Assembly: GCA_963777605.1 (NCBI GenBank)
Contig: CAVZRV010000030.1
Span: 256,001-320,000, forward strand
DNA from: an uncultured Acidobacteriota bacterium
Lineage (GTDB): Bacteria; Acidobacteriota; UBA6911; RPQK01; JAPXNP01
DNA length: 64,000 nt
Reading direction: 5' to 3'
Part shown: in pieces, positions 31,413 to 43,770 of the stretch
Numbering within the stretch: position 1 is the first letter of the stretch
Layout: each line of letters begins with the position of its first letter
The notes under the pieces: model-generated
What the model saw: only the letters and a program-made list of their open reading frames with translations
The model's database searches: none
Told to the model about the DNA's origin: nothing
Position numbers and translations under genes: made by a program

Positions 31413-32894
31413 TCAGGTGGCCAGCAGGGCTTCGACCCGGGGCCTGATTTTGGCGGCGATCATGGAGGTTGCCAGTTCGTTCATTTGCCGTGTGCGAGCT
31501 TCCGTGTCGGCTTCCGTGTAGCAACGGAACTCCGGAGCGTTGCCCGAGGGCCGCAGGTGGATGACCTCGCCGGATTCAAACGTGATGCGCGCGCCATCGG
31601 TCAGATCCAGGGCGGTCGGAGCGCCGAAGGCATCAGCAAAGAACTCGCGGGCCAGGCTCAGGCCCTGTTGGCGGAAGTGGTCGATCGTAGCCTGACCGAG
31701 TTCCGACGGATACTGACGGAGCAGGCCGCTGTCGGTGTAGCGCGGCGGCAGCTTTTTCTGCAGTTCGGATATCGGCGATCGCTCGACAACGGAGGCGTGC
31801 AGGAGGGAAAGAATCGGAACCACGGCGTCCCGAGTGGGCAACGCTGCCAGCGGTTGGCCGTTTCGGCCCGGAATCTCGGTTCCGGTCAGAAATCCGCCGT
31901 TGGCCTCGTACCCGACCACGGGTGAGATCCCCTGCCCGGTCAGCTCCTGCATGCCTTCGATCACCCAGGGGGAGCCGATCCGGGTGCGCAACACGCGTTC
32001 GAACCGGCCCGAAAGATCGACGGCGGTATTGCAGCTGACCGGAACAACCACTCCTTGGGCCTGGAGATAATCGGCCACCAGGATTCCCAGGACGTCTCCG
32101 CGAACGATGTCGCCTGTCTCGCTCACCATCAGAGGACGATCGGCATCCCCATCGGCACTAACTAGCGCATCGAGCTGGTTCGACTCGACCCACTCGGCGA
32201 GGCGTTCGCGGCCGGATACCGCCTCGGTGTCGACCGCAATGAACTGCTCCGATCTTCCCAGGGCGAGCACCTCCGCCCCCAATTTCTGAAGGATGTCCAC
32301 CAGGAGATCCCGGCCGACGGTGGAGTGCTGGTAGACTCCGACTTTCAAACCCCGCAGGCAACCCTCGGGGAAGAACTCGGTGTAGCGTGTCACGTACGAT
32401 CGGGCTGCCTCCGCCAATGGAGGGGGCAGTTGACTTGCTGGATCAGCGACGAGTGCACCGTCAGCCGTGAAAGCCTTCTCGAAGGGGGCCGGGGCCGACT
32501 TCAGGCTCTCGTAGATCTCGGTGATGCGCGCTTCGTCCGATTTCAGGATCTCCCCGTCCGCACAGTTGAACTTGATCCCGTTGCGATCTTCGGGAATGTG
32601 GCTCCCCGTAACCATGATCGAAGGGATTCCCCGGGTCATCCCAAAGTGCAGCAGCGTCGGTGTTGGGACTCGTCCGCAGTTCAGGACCCGGACCCCTTCC
32701 TGGCCCAGCGTGAAGGAGACCGCACCCAGAATGCGCGAAGTGCTCGAACGCAGATCGCCCGAGACGGCCACCTCCGGGACTGGGGATGTCTTTCTCAGGT
32801 AAAGAAGAGATGCGAGAGTGTAGCGAGCGCACTCCAGATCGGTCATCTCCGAAACCAGGCCTCGTACTCCACTTGTCCCAAATCGCAGCGGCAT
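31413..32894 (-). CDS. manB: Phosphomannomutase/phosphoglucomutase
   Basis: FGTSGVRG, TGSHIP, DGDADRP, GYEANGG and HLRPSGNAPE. Confidence 0.9.
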   Translation of the reverse strand: MPLRFGTSGVRGLVSEMTDLECARYTLASLLYLRKTSPVPEVAVSGDLRSSTSRILGAVSFTLGQEGVRVLNCGRVPTPTLLHFGMTRGIPSIMVTGSHIPEDRNGIKFNCADGEILKSDEARITEIYESLKSAPAPFEKAFTADGALVADPASQLPPPLAEAARSYVTRYTEFFPEGCLRGLKVGVYQHSTVGRDLLVDILQKLGAEVLALGRSEQFIAVDTEAVSGRERLAEWVESNQLDALVSADGDADRPLMVSETGDIVRGDVLGILVADYLQAQGVVVPVSCNTAVDLSGRFERVLRTRIGSPWVIEGMQELTGQGISPVVGYEANGGFLTGTEIPGRNGQPLAALPTRDAVVPILSLLHASVVERSPISELQKKLPPRYTDSGLLRQYPSELGQATIDHFRQQGLSLAREFFADAFGAPTALDLTDGARITFESGEVIHLRPSGNAPEFRCYTEADTEARTRQMNELATSMIAAKIRPRVEALLAT

Positions 32895-33060
32895 ATCACT
32901 GAACTCCTTCGGAGGGTCAACTCAACGTTTTCTGGAGGGTACCAGAATCGAACTCCAGCTGTCGGTTATGTTGTTTGATGAGGTAACCGATTTTGGGGGA
33001 CGACAAGGCCACCTCCCGATGCTAAGATTGTCCGGGTTAGGAGGTAAGGAGGAACCTGTT

Positions 33061-34482
33061 ATGCGAAAATTTGCCGCTCTAGTTGGCCTTTTGAGCCTTA
33101 TCTTATGCAGTTGTGGGGGGGATCCGGACCAGGAACTCCTTGAAGCCGCAAAAACCGGGAACCTGGAGAAAGTTCAATCTGTACTTCAGGGGACTGTCAA
33201 CAAAGAAGTCCAGACGCCTGAGGGGAAGACGGCGTTGATGCTGGCCGCTGAAAACGGACATGCGCAGATTGTCGAAGCCCTTTTGGAAGCTGGAGCAAAG
33301 CCCAATGTCCAGGATCGGTCGGGAAGGACCGCGCTGGCTCTCGCCGCGCGGGAAGGGAAGGCGGAAGTTGTCTCAATCCTCATTGGAAAAGGGGCCGATA
33401 TCGAGGCTGCCGATTTCGATGGATTTCCGCCCCTGATTCACGCTGCCGAAACAGGGCAGACTGAGTGTGTCAAGATCCTGCTCGACGGGGGCGCCAACAT
33501 CGAAGGCACCTGTGGTCGCGGTCGGACGGCTCTAATGTACGCTGCGGCCGGTGGCTTCGAGGAGACCGTCAGTCTGCTCCTCGATCGAGGCGCGAAAGTT
33601 GACGCCGTTGATAAGGACGGCCTGACTCCGCTGATGCACGCTGCCGTCCGAGGTCAGGGCGGAGTGATCAAGCTCCTGGTAGACAAGGGCGCCGATGTCA
33701 ATGCGACCGCCAATGATGGTCGTACCGCCCTTCTCGCCGCGGCCCAGGAAGGCCAGGCGGGAGCGATCAAGGCCCTTCTCGATGCCGGGGCCGAAGCAGG
33801 CGCAACCACCAAGGATGGCCGCACTGCCTTGATGTGGGCCGCCAACGGTGGCCACGAGCAGGCTCTGACCGCGCTTCTCGCCGCCGAGGGAACCGATGTG
33901 AACGCCACGGACGACAAGGGCCGGACGGCGCTGATGCTGGCTGCATTCCAGGGTGCCCCGAATGCGGTAAAGGCGCTGCTCGATGGTGGTGCCAAGGCCA
34001 AGGTTGCAGACAAGGAAAAGGCAACTGCCCTCATGTACGCTGCCCGTCAGGGGAACGTAGACTGCATCAAGTTGCTGCTCGACGCCGGAGAGTCGATTAA
34101 CGCCAAGAACCAGGTCGGGTGGACGGCCCTGACGGCTGCAGCATCAAACGGGCACAGTGACGCTGTGAAGGCGTTGCTCGATGCCGGTGCCGATCCCAAA
34201 GTCAAAGCCAACACGGGTTGGGACGCGCTGATCGGTGCCGCCGTCAAGGGTGATGTCGAGAGCGTCAAGGCTCTGCTGGCGAAGGGCGCCGACGTCAACT
34301 CGAAGGACGAAAATGATGTCACTGCGCTCATGCACGCCTCTATCCAGGGGCACGAAGACGTGGTCCGTGTTCTGCTCGATGGCGGCGCGGATCGTTCGCT
34401 ACAGGACTATGCGGGTAAGACGGCGGCCGACCATGCCGCTGAAAAAGGCAACCAGGCCATCGTGACCTTGTTGCAGGGCTGA
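33061..34482 (+). CDS. Ankyrin-repeat lipoprotein
   Basis: Lipobox-like ILCSC and about 13 repeats of G.TALM.AA..G....V..LL..GA. Confidence 0.92.
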   Translation: MRKFAALVGLLSLILCSCGGDPDQELLEAAKTGNLEKVQSVLQGTVNKEVQTPEGKTALMLAAENGHAQIVEALLEAGAKPNVQDRSGRTALALAAREGKAEVVSILIGKGADIEAADFDGFPPLIHAAETGQTECVKILLDGGANIEGTCGRGRTALMYAAAGGFEETVSLLLDRGAKVDAVDKDGLTPLMHAAVRGQGGVIKLLVDKGADVNATANDGRTALLAAAQEGQAGAIKALLDAGAEAGATTKDGRTALMWAANGGHEQALTALLAAEGTDVNATDDKGRTALMLAAFQGAPNAVKALLDGGAKAKVADKEKATALMYAARQGNVDCIKLLLDAGESINAKNQVGWTALTAAASNGHSDAVKALLDAGADPKVKANTGWDALIGAAVKGDVESVKALLAKGADVNSKDENDVTALMHASIQGHEDVVRVLLDGGADRSLQDYAGKTAADHAAEKGNQAIVTLLQG

Positions 34483-34504
34483 GAGTCTCAGCCGAACTGA
34501 ATCC

Positions 34505-34526
34505 GGGGGCGGCTTCGGCCGTCCCC
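34505..34526. terminator. GC hairpin between convergent genes
   Basis: GGGGGCGGC-TTCG-GCCGTCCCC. Confidence 0.55.
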
Positions 34527-34543
34527 ACCTACCATCCCCTCGT

Positions 34544-35548
34544 CTACTTGCCTGCGAGGAGTAGTTCCAGGCGGTCGAGTTGGTCTTTCTTACCGATCAC
34601 GATCAGGGTGTCTCGTGCCTTGATCTCCGTTGAAGGCTTGAGATCGGGAATCGTGCCGATTCCAGGGCGTTTGATGCCCAGGACGTAGACTCCGGTTCGT
34701 TCCCGGATCCCGGCGTCGGCCAACGTAGAACCGTCGAGCTCGCTTCCCGGTTCGAGATCCAGGTTTTCAATCATGAGGCCGATCGAGGACTTGTCATGCA
34801 AAACATCCTCGATAAACGCGACGACTTCGGGGCGAAGGATCATCTGGGCCATGCTGCGACCGCCTGTTCGGTAGGGGAGAAAGACATTGTTCGCCCCGGC
34901 GCGGATGAATTTCTCCGGGCCGTCCTCGTGGCTGACCCTTGCAACGATCGGCAGTGTCGGGTTGAGCCCGCGCGCCGAGAGCACCACCATCAGGTTCTTG
35001 GCATCATCGTCCGATGTGGCCGCCATTCCGGCCGCCCGGTCGATTCCGCACTCTTTCAGCGACTCGTCAAAGCCCGGATCACCGTGAAACACGGCGTAAC
35101 CTTCGTCACGAGCCATGCGAATAGAGTCGTCTTTCTCGTCGAGGACCACAAAATCCCGGCCCTCCCGTTGGAGTTCACGGCAGACCTCGTGCCCCATTCG
35201 TCCGTAACCGCAGACGAGAACATGGTTCTTCATCGATGCGATGATTCGTTTCATTTTTCGACCTCCCAGCAGACCGCGAAGCTCGCCGGCCACGATGTAG
35301 TTGGATATGGCTCCGAACGAGAAAGTGATGCTGGCGACCCCCAGGAGTATCAGAAGTGCAGTGAAGATTCGGCCCGCGGGGGAAAGGGGGCGAACTTCCG
35401 AAAATCCCACCGTCGTCACGGTGATGACCGACATGTAGATTGCGTCCAGCAGGGGCCACCCCTCGATGATCCGGTAGCCCAGGGCCCCTGCCGTCAGGGT
35501 GCTGAAGAATACCAGGCTGACCAGAAGAAGGCGACGCTGAAGGCTCAT
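34544..35548 (-). CDS. Potassium channel protein with RCK (TrkA-N/C) domains
   Basis: Filter TTVGFSE, Rossmann CGYGRMG and a C-terminal TrkA-C domain. Confidence 0.92.
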   Translation of the reverse strand: MSLQRRLLLVSLVFFSTLTAGALGYRIIEGWPLLDAIYMSVITVTTVGFSEVRPLSPAGRIFTALLILLGVASITFSFGAISNYIVAGELRGLLGGRKMKRIIASMKNHVLVCGYGRMGHEVCRELQREGRDFVVLDEKDDSIRMARDEGYAVFHGDPGFDESLKECGIDRAAGMAATSDDDAKNLMVVLSARGLNPTLPIVARVSHEDGPEKFIRAGANNVFLPYRTGGRSMAQMILRPEVVAFIEDVLHDKSSIGLMIENLDLEPGSELDGSTLADAGIRERTGVYVLGIKRPGIGTIPDLKPSTEIKARDTLIVIGKKDQLDRLELLLAGK

Positions 35549-35664
35549 GTCGGGCGGTTCATTGGATTATAGGTGAGACCGTGGCTTTGGGCCAGACCCG
35601 CCGGCGAAGGGAGCTGTCACGCCGGGCCGGCGGGTCCGGCCCGGACTTCCTGGATTGTCGAGGT

Positions 35665-36438
35665 TCAACGAATCTCCGAATACCGCGTCGCGGAGAGAAA
35701 GGAGGCATGGATCGAAGAAACGGAATCGATCCAGCGCTTGTCATCCTTGATCCGGTTCCAGTCGGGATTCGTCCGAAACGCAGCCCATCCTTTTTCCCGG
35801 GCTTCCATGTTGTCAAAAGCCAGCATGTAGCTGAGGTGAGGCAGCCTCTGGCCGATCAGCGCCTCGCCAAAGAAGACCGGCGCCATCTTGCAGTCCAGAA
35901 AGATCTTCATTTCTTCCTGGTTGAACATGTCGATCTTGGCAGCTGCTTTGAACGCATCCTTGGACTCGTAGGTACGCAGTTCGAAGACTCTTCCGTCCGG
36001 TGATCCCGACGGTTTTTGCACGATCGGGTGGGCGGCAAAGGCTTTCAAGAGTTGTGAGCGGTAGTGCAGGTAGGGAATCCCGGCTTCGGCGAATTCCTTC
36101 CAGGCTTTGACCCAGCTCTGGCCCGATGCAACCATGTCGGAGTTGGCCAGCAACGCCTCTGGGGAGGCGTACTGCAGCAGGAGCACCAGGGCCGGGCTGT
36201 TGTCGCCGAAGGAAACGTTGAAGGCCCCGATCGGTCCTGAAACCAGCGGCTTGAGGGCCGGCATCAAGACCGACTCTACGAAGCGGTTGAGGCGGGAAAC
36301 GTCCAAGTCGTTGCGCATCTCGTAAGTGCGAAGTTCGTAGAAAGATTGTTTTGCCGCTGCCGCCGCAAGGATTCCACCGCCGGCTGCTGCGGCGACTGCA
36401 CCACTCAGGCCGGTCTTTCCAAATTCACGTCGATTCAT
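35665..36438 (-). CDS. NIPSNAP family protein with Tat signal
   Basis: MNRREFG and two YELRTY/FELRTY NIPSNAP motifs. Confidence 0.85.
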   Translation of the reverse strand: MNRREFGKTGLSGAVAAAAGGGILAAAAAKQSFYELRTYEMRNDLDVSRLNRFVESVLMPALKPLVSGPIGAFNVSFGDNSPALVLLLQYASPEALLANSDMVASGQSWVKAWKEFAEAGIPYLHYRSQLLKAFAAHPIVQKPSGSPDGRVFELRTYESKDAFKAAAKIDMFNQEEMKIFLDCKMAPVFFGEALIGQRLPHLSYMLAFDNMEAREKGWAAFRTNPDWNRIKDDKRWIDSVSSIHASFLSATRYSEIR

Positions 36439-36512
36439 GTTACTCCTCCTATCCCGGCCCGAGGGCCGGGACCCACAGTTACCATTCAGTGAAGACAAAC
36501 GTACAGGACCAA

Positions 36513-37646
36513 TTACGGCTCGACGAGGAATCGATGCACCGTCAGTTGGTGATACTCCTCGCCGGGACGCAGGATCGTCGAAGGAAAGTCGGGTTGGTTT
36601 GGAGAATCCGGGTAGTGCTGGGTCTCCAGGCAAAGCGCCGAGTGCTGAGAAAATCCTCCGCTCGCGGGGCTTCCGTCGAGGAAGTTGCCCGTGTAGAGCT
36701 GGATTCCGGGCTGGGTCGTCCGGACCTCCATGACCCGGCCACTCTCGGCGTCCCGTACCCGGGCTGCCAGAGCCAGGTCTCCCGACTGGTTGCGCAGGAC
36801 GTAACAGTGATCGTAGCCCATCCCGACCTGGTCGATCCGCGATCCGATCGATGTCGGTTCGCGAAAATCCATCGGGGTATCGGCGACCGGCTTGAATTCA
36901 CCCGTTGGGATCAAGTTTTCGTCGACCGGGAGATAGGAATCGGCAGCGATCATCAGGACGTGGTCCAGAATCAGGCCGTTCCCGGCTCCCCTCAGGTTCC
37001 AGTAGGCGTGGTTTGTGAGATTGACGGGAGTCGCTTGGTCGGTCGTTGCCTTGTACTCCATCCTCAGTTCGTTCTCTTCGGTCAGAAGGTAGACCACCTC
37101 GACGTTCAGGTTGCCCGGAAAGCCTTCTTCCCCGTCCGGGCTGAGTCGGCGGAACCGAACTCCTGCTCCCGCATCGGACTCAATTGCTTCAGCGTCCCAG
37201 ACCACCTTGTCGAATCCCTTGATCCCACCATGGAGCGAGTTGGGGCCGTTGTTGGCAGCCAGCTTGTACGTCTCACCGTCGAGGGTGAATGACGCCCCCG
37301 CGATGCGGTTGCCGTAGCGGCCAACCGTCGCGCCGAAATAGGGATTGTGCTCAATGTACTCCTGAAGAGTGGGAAAGCCCAACGTGATGTTGTCGTTGTG
37401 ACCGTTCTTGTCCGGCACCTCGACGGCAACGATGATGGCGCCGTAGTCGGTTAGTTTCAGGACCAGTCCATTGCTGTTCGTACAGGTGAATAACCGGCAG
37501 GTCTTACCGTCTTCCGTCTTGCCGAAATCCGTGACCACAACTTGCATGGAGCCCCCCGCTTCAGGTTCGGCCGGAGGGGCGCTGCTGCTGCAGGCCGCCA
37601 GGATCGAACCCCACAAAAGTATTGAAATCGCCGTCACTGCACGCAT
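36513..37646 (-). CDS. galM: Aldose 1-epimerase (mutarotase), lipoprotein
   Basis: GRYGNRI, LHGG, NLTNHAYWNL, QLYTGNFL and CLETQHYPDSPN; lipobox LAAC. Confidence 0.93.
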   Translation of the reverse strand: MRAVTAISILLWGSILAACSSSAPPAEPEAGGSMQVVVTDFGKTEDGKTCRLFTCTNSNGLVLKLTDYGAIIVAVEVPDKNGHNDNITLGFPTLQEYIEHNPYFGATVGRYGNRIAGASFTLDGETYKLAANNGPNSLHGGIKGFDKVVWDAEAIESDAGAGVRFRRLSPDGEEGFPGNLNVEVVYLLTEENELRMEYKATTDQATPVNLTNHAYWNLRGAGNGLILDHVLMIAADSYLPVDENLIPTGEFKPVADTPMDFREPTSIGSRIDQVGMGYDHCYVLRNQSGDLALAARVRDAESGRVMEVRTTQPGIQLYTGNFLDGSPASGGFSQHSALCLETQHYPDSPNQPDFPSTILRPGEEYHQLTVHRFLVEP

Positions 37647-37693
37647 GCCGTAATTATAACTACAGCGTCCGGAAACTACAGGGGAAATCGATA

Positions 37694-37761
37694 CTAGTGT
37701 CCGAGTCTAAATTGGCACGCATCATATGAAGCCTTCAGAGCCCCGCGTGCGCGACAAGACA

Positions 37762-37765
<4 letters not shown>
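37694..37765. mobile_element. CTAG-flanked miniature inverted-repeat element, copy 1
   Basis: CTAG-TGTC...CACGCATCATATG...TTCAGAGCCCCGC...GACA-CTAG; second copy at 63224-63285. Confidence 0.75.
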
Positions 37766-39306
<1,541 letters not shown>

Positions 39307-39322
39307 CAACGGCTCCCTTTCA

Positions 39323-40465
39323 CTAACCCCGGTCGGCTGATGCCAGGACCCTGCTTTGCTCTCGTTCCAGACTCTTGATGAGGTCGTCGTAGGGATCGTT
39401 GAACTTGGCGACTCCCTCCTCCTCCAACTGCTGGGTGACTTGATCCAGGTCGATCGCGACCTCAGGCAGCCAGCCTAGCACTTGTCGAGCTTCGGCTAAA
39501 CCGCTCTCAAGACGGCTTTCGGGATCTCCGTGATCCCGGAAGGCTTCGAGGGTATCAAGTGGGACCGTGTTTACGGTTTCGGGGCCGATCAGGGATTCGA
39601 CGTATTTGACGTCCGAGTAGTCCGGGTTCTTGGTGCTCGTGCTTGCCCAAAGCAGGCGCTGCTTTTGTGCTCCCGTGCGACTGAGTTCCCTGAACCTGTC
39701 GGAAGCGTAGATCTCGCCGAAGGCCTGGTAAGCCTCCTTGGCGCTGGCTATGGCGACCTGACCCCGGATCTTTGGAACTAGTGCCGCCGTTTCCCCGGTC
39801 ACCTTGGTGCGCTTTTCCAGAAGGGAGTCAACGAGCACGTCGATGCGGCTGAGAAAGAAGCTTGCCACCGAGCGAACGCGATCGAGAGGACTGCCGCTCT
39901 CCAGCCGCTTTTCGAGCCCGGAAATGTAAGCCTCGGCAACCTCCCGGTAACGCGGGATTCCGAAGAGCAAGGTGACATTCACGTTGATACCCTCGGAAAT
40001 GAGTTGGGTAATCGCGGGTAGACCTTCTCGGGTGGCGGGCACCTTGATGAAGACGTTGGGGCGATCGAGCCTCCGCCAGAGTTCTCTGGCCTCATTGATC
40101 GTTGCAGCGCTGTCGTGAGCGAGGTGAGGATTGACCTCGAGGCTGACGAATCCGTGATTCCCGTCGGAATTGTTGTACAGGTCACGGAACAGATCCGCAG
40201 CCATCTGGACGTCCCCTACGGTCAGGTCCCGGTAAATCTCGGCGGGGCCCAGTCCTTTCCCGGTGAGTTCTCCGATCGTTTCGTCGTAGTCGTCGCTCCC
40301 GGTGATGACCTGATCGAAGATTTTGGGGTTTGAAGTGATACCTCGAATTCCGTCTTCCTGGATCAATTTGGTGAGTTCCCCGGATTGGATCATCTCCCTG
40401 CGAATGAAATCGAGCCAGATGCTCTGGCCGAACTTCTGTACTTGTTTGACTCGGTTATCGGTCAT
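39323..40465 (-). CDS. tal: Transaldolase
   Basis: GQSIWLD, GITSNPKIF, NVFIKVPAT, ASFFLSRID and LLWASTSTK. Confidence 0.95.
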   Translation of the reverse strand: MTDNRVKQVQKFGQSIWLDFIRREMIQSGELTKLIQEDGIRGITSNPKIFDQVITGSDDYDETIGELTGKGLGPAEIYRDLTVGDVQMAADLFRDLYNNSDGNHGFVSLEVNPHLAHDSAATINEARELWRRLDRPNVFIKVPATREGLPAITQLISEGINVNVTLLFGIPRYREVAEAYISGLEKRLESGSPLDRVRSVASFFLSRIDVLVDSLLEKRTKVTGETAALVPKIRGQVAIASAKEAYQAFGEIYASDRFRELSRTGAQKQRLLWASTSTKNPDYSDVKYVESLIGPETVNTVPLDTLEAFRDHGDPESRLESGLAEARQVLGWLPEVAIDLDQVTQQLEEEGVAKFNDPYDDLIKSLEREQSRVLASADRG

Positions 40466-40518
40466 GGTGGACCTCCTCTGTTCTTTTTCGGAGTTCGCGC
40501 GTGCGCTGGTCCGCCGTC

Positions 40519-40890
40519 TCAAAATGAGCGGAGACGCGGAATTTGAAGCCGCTTGACGCGAGTGTAGATGTCGGCGGTTCTTTTCGATCTTCCCTGCTGA
40601 TTGGAATCGATCCACTCTACCAGGACATCCGGGTTGTATTCGAGAACCTGGCAAACCCATTGGAAACTGCCCGGAGAGGAATCCTCGGCCGAGAACCACT
40701 CCCGGGCATCGGATTTCCAGTCGATGTCGTCATTCAGGGTTGCCCTCCTGGTTCCAAACGTATCCCGGAGAGCCTGAATCAGGATGGCCACGGCGAGTTG
40801 CCGAACAGACGCGCTTTTGCTGTGTCTCGATTTAGGGCGGAGAACATCCGCTATCTGCAGATCCATAGCCACCCGGGTTTGCTGGTGCAT
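40519..40890 (-). CDS. Small hypothetical protein
   Basis: LAVAILIQALRD...AREWF...SFQWVCQVL..P pattern; AAGGAG RBS. Confidence 0.65.
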   Translation of the reverse strand: MHQQTRVAMDLQIADVLRPKSRHSKSASVRQLAVAILIQALRDTFGTRRATLNDDIDWKSDAREWFSAEDSSPGSFQWVCQVLEYNPDVLVEWIDSNQQGRSKRTADIYTRVKRLQIPRLRSF

Positions 40891-41054
40891 CACAAAGACT
40901 CCTTGTATTGACGAAGTTGCGGTTAAAGTCTGGTTTCAGTATCCCCGGTTTGAGGCGCTTGGCTCAATCGTGCGAAATGGGGACTATGCTGCGTCGCTTT
41001 TACTACACGACGCCCCAATGTCTGCCACTTAAGGGTTGAAAAAAGGGAGCTTAC

Positions 41055-41663
41055 CTATTCCTGATCTTGAAGCGTGGGGTTGGCGATCTTGTCTTCGAAC
41101 TTGACCAGGCCATCGAAGAAGGCCGAGGAGAGACTGGGGAGTTCCCGGCTGACCTCGAGAAGGAAGGCGGGGAAGGAATCGGTGGCTTCCTGGTACGACG
41201 GCTCCGAGTCGGGAAGTTGCACCCGGACGGCGGCGAGGAAAGACTGTTCGAGGTCGTGGAAGACTTCGTTGACACCCACTCGAAAAGCGTCCAGGTCAGG
41301 AGCGAGGCGGCGTCTCGTCGTCGGGGCGATCGAACCCTCGGCACGAAGTCGGTAGAGTCGTTCGAACGCCTTCACCACGCGCTTGTCGAAATCGGATACT
41401 CTGCTCTGGAAGAACCGCAACTGCTCCTGAAAGGTAGATTGGCGATCCAGCAGGTTGCAGAGGTCATCCCGATCGGTTTCGGTAACCGCCGGCAACAGGG
41501 TCTGCAGGAAAACCGTCTCAAACTGGTGTCGGAACTCGATGCTGACGGCTTCGTAGACCCTGATGAACTCGCCATACGGCTTACGCGGTCCCTTAATTTT
41601 GAGGGCCAGAAGGCCCCCCGTGACACCGGCTCCGACGAGCTTGAGGAAGTCTTTGAATTGCAC
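41055..41663 (-). CDS. Hypothetical protein with N-terminal hydrophobic segment
   Basis: Helical ORF; start is GTG 41663 or 41711. Confidence 0.55.
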   Translation of the reverse strand: MQFKDFLKLVGAGVTGGLLALKIKGPRKPYGEFIRVYEAVSIEFRHQFETVFLQTLLPAVTETDRDDLCNLLDRQSTFQEQLRFFQSRVSDFDKRVVKAFERLYRLRAEGSIAPTTRRRLAPDLDAFRVGVNEVFHDLEQSFLAAVRVQLPDSEPSYQEATDSFPAFLLEVSRELPSLSSAFFDGLVKFEDKIANPTLQDQE

Positions 41664-41745
41664 GTCTCTATTCTGCCACGATCGGCCACCTCGGTACACG
41701 GGAATTTGCACCTGAAGACGACCGGTAATCAGTTGGGCCCGGACA

Positions 41746-43761
41746 TCAGTCCTCTTCCGGGGTCCTGATTGGGGCTTTCAGTCCAGCCGAGATGACGCGT
41801 TCAAGGGCGCCGAGGTCGTACACAGCGCCGGACCAGGTGCCTCCGCCGACGCGCTGCAGCAGGGCCCAAAGCCGGGTGTCTTCGGGCAAAAGTGGATGGG
41901 GCGCAAGTCCTGGGTGAGGCGGGCGCCGGGCCAGGACGTCGGAGGCTTCGTCGGGGGCATTGCCGGACGCATCCGACATGATCAGGTTCACGGTGCCTTC
42001 GAGGCGCTTCAAATCCAGGACGATCTCGATCTGGTCACCATCGCGAACCCGGGCGATCGGGCCGTTGTCGAGGGCTTCGGGTCCGATATGTCCGATACAG
42101 GGTCCGGTGGAGACCCCCGAGAACCTGCCGTCGGTCAATACCGAGACGGTTTTTCCCCAAGGCAGGAACTTCAGAGCGGACGTGATTTGGTAGATCTCCT
42201 CCATGCCGGTCCCCGAAGGCCCAATCCCGATGAGGACGAGGGTGTCCCCCGAAGCCACGACACCGCTTTTGATTGCCTCGATCGCGGCGGTTTCGGAGAC
42301 GAAAACCCGAGCTGGACCGGTGTGCCGGTACATCATTTGTTCATCGAGCAAGGAATGGTCGATTGAAGTGGCCTTGACCACCGAACCCTCCGGGGCCAGG
42401 TTGCCGGTGGGAAAGATCATCGTGCCCGAAATTCCTCGTGCCCGGGCGCGATCGGCTGGAAAAATGACCCGTTCCGGTTCGATCCCCTCCACTTCCCGAA
42501 GCCGTCGGCGGATCTCGCGCCGACGCGGGCTCTCCTTCCACCAGTCCAGCGCGTCACCCAGCGTCTTTCCCGCGGCGGTGACGGCTTTCCTCTGCAGCAG
42601 GCCCAGCGAATCGAGGTGGAGCATCACCTCCGGAACCCCACCCGCGGCAAATACCCGAACCGTCGGGTGATTTTCCGGGCCGTTGGGTAGAGCGTCCACG
42701 AGTCGCGGAGTCGCGCTGTTGACCCGCCTCCAGTCATCGACCGTCGGGACCTTGAGTCCGGCGGCATGGGCGATGGCTGTGAGGTGCAGGAGCATGTTGG
42801 TGGAACCGCCGAATGCCGACTGGACGATCATTGCGTTTTCGACGGCTTCCCTGGTCAGAATCCGGGACATGGTGATCCCGGAATCGGCAAGCGCTATAAG
42901 GGCGAGGGCCGAACGGTGGGCGAGATCGAGCCAGATCTGTTCCCCGGACGGGCTCAGCGCACTGTGAGGGAGGGCCATGCCCAAGGCCTCCGCCGCAACC
43001 TGGGACGACGCCGCGGTTCCCAGGAACTGGCAGCCCCCTCCCGGAGATCCACAGGCGCGGCAACCCATCTCCTGGGCGTATTCGAGGGAAATCAGATCGT
43101 GAGAGAAGCGCGCCCCAAGGGTCTGGACGGTTCCCAGATCCTCACCACCGGCAGCCGGCAGAGTAACGCCACCCGGGACCACGATTCCCGGCAGTGAACC
43201 GCTTCCCGCCAGCGCCATCAACATGGCGGGAAGGCCCTTGTCACAGCTCGCTATCGCCATCACTCCCTGTCGTCGGGGCAGGGATCGAATCAGCCGCCGC
43301 ACTACGATGGCAGCATCGTTTCGATAAGCCAGGCTGTCCATCATCCCGGGAGTGCCCTGGCTTCTGCCGTCGCAGGGATCGGTGCAGAAGGCGGAGAATG
43401 GAATGGCGCCGCGGTCGCGAATCGTCCTGGCGGCTTCCTCGACGAGAAGAATCAGTTCCCAGTGGCCGGTGTGGTATCCGAGAGCGAGGGGCGCGCCGTC
43501 GGGAGAGCGGAGTCCGCCGGACGTGCTGACGATCAAGAACTGGGGGTAGTCTGATCGAGCGGGGTCCCAGCCCATTCCCGCATTTTGGGTCAGGCCGAAA
43601 ATGTCACCGCTGGGAAGGTTTCGCAGAGACTCGGAATTCAGCGGAATCCTGCCGCCAGGCCCCGATCCTGAGAGACGTGTTGTGGAGACCAAAGAGGCGT
43701 CCCCGACCACTTCCGAGAAAGTAGGCAAAGGGCCTATCTGCCGGGGATCGGTTGGGGTCAT
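41746..43761 (-). CDS. YjhG/YagF-family D-xylonate dehydratase (IlvD/Edd family)
   Basis: [40 protein letters not shown] and [11 protein letters not shown]. Confidence 0.92.
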   Translation of the reverse strand: MTPTDPRQIGPLPTFSEVVGDASLVSTTRLSGSGPGGRIPLNSESLRNLPSGDIFGLTQNAGMGWDPARSDYPQFLIVSTSGGLRSPDGAPLALGYHTGHWELILLVEEAARTIRDRGAIPFSAFCTDPCDGRSQGTPGMMDSLAYRNDAAIVVRRLIRSLPRRQGVMAIASCDKGLPAMLMALAGSGSLPGIVVPGGVTLPAAGGEDLGTVQTLGARFSHDLISLEYAQEMGCRACGSPGGGCQFLGTAASSQVAAEALGMALPHSALSPSGEQIWLDLAHRSALALIALADSGITMSRILTREAVENAMIVQSAFGGSTNMLLHLTAIAHAAGLKVPTVDDWRRVNSATPRLVDALPNGPENHPTVRVFAAGGVPEVMLHLDSLGLLQRKAVTAAGKTLGDALDWWKESPRRREIRRRLREVEGIEPERVIFPADRARARGISGTMIFPTGNLAPEGSVVKATSIDHSLLDEQMMYRHTGPARVFVSETAAIEAIKSGVVASGDTLVLIGIGPSGTGMEEIYQITSALKFLPWGKTVSVLTDGRFSGVSTGPCIGHIGPEALDNGPIARVRDGDQIEIVLDLKRLEGTVNLIMSDASGNAPDEASDVLARRPPHPGLAPHPLLPEDTRLWALLQRVGGGTWSGAVYDLGALERVISAGLKAPIRTPEED

Positions 43762-43770
43762 GACGGAGCC

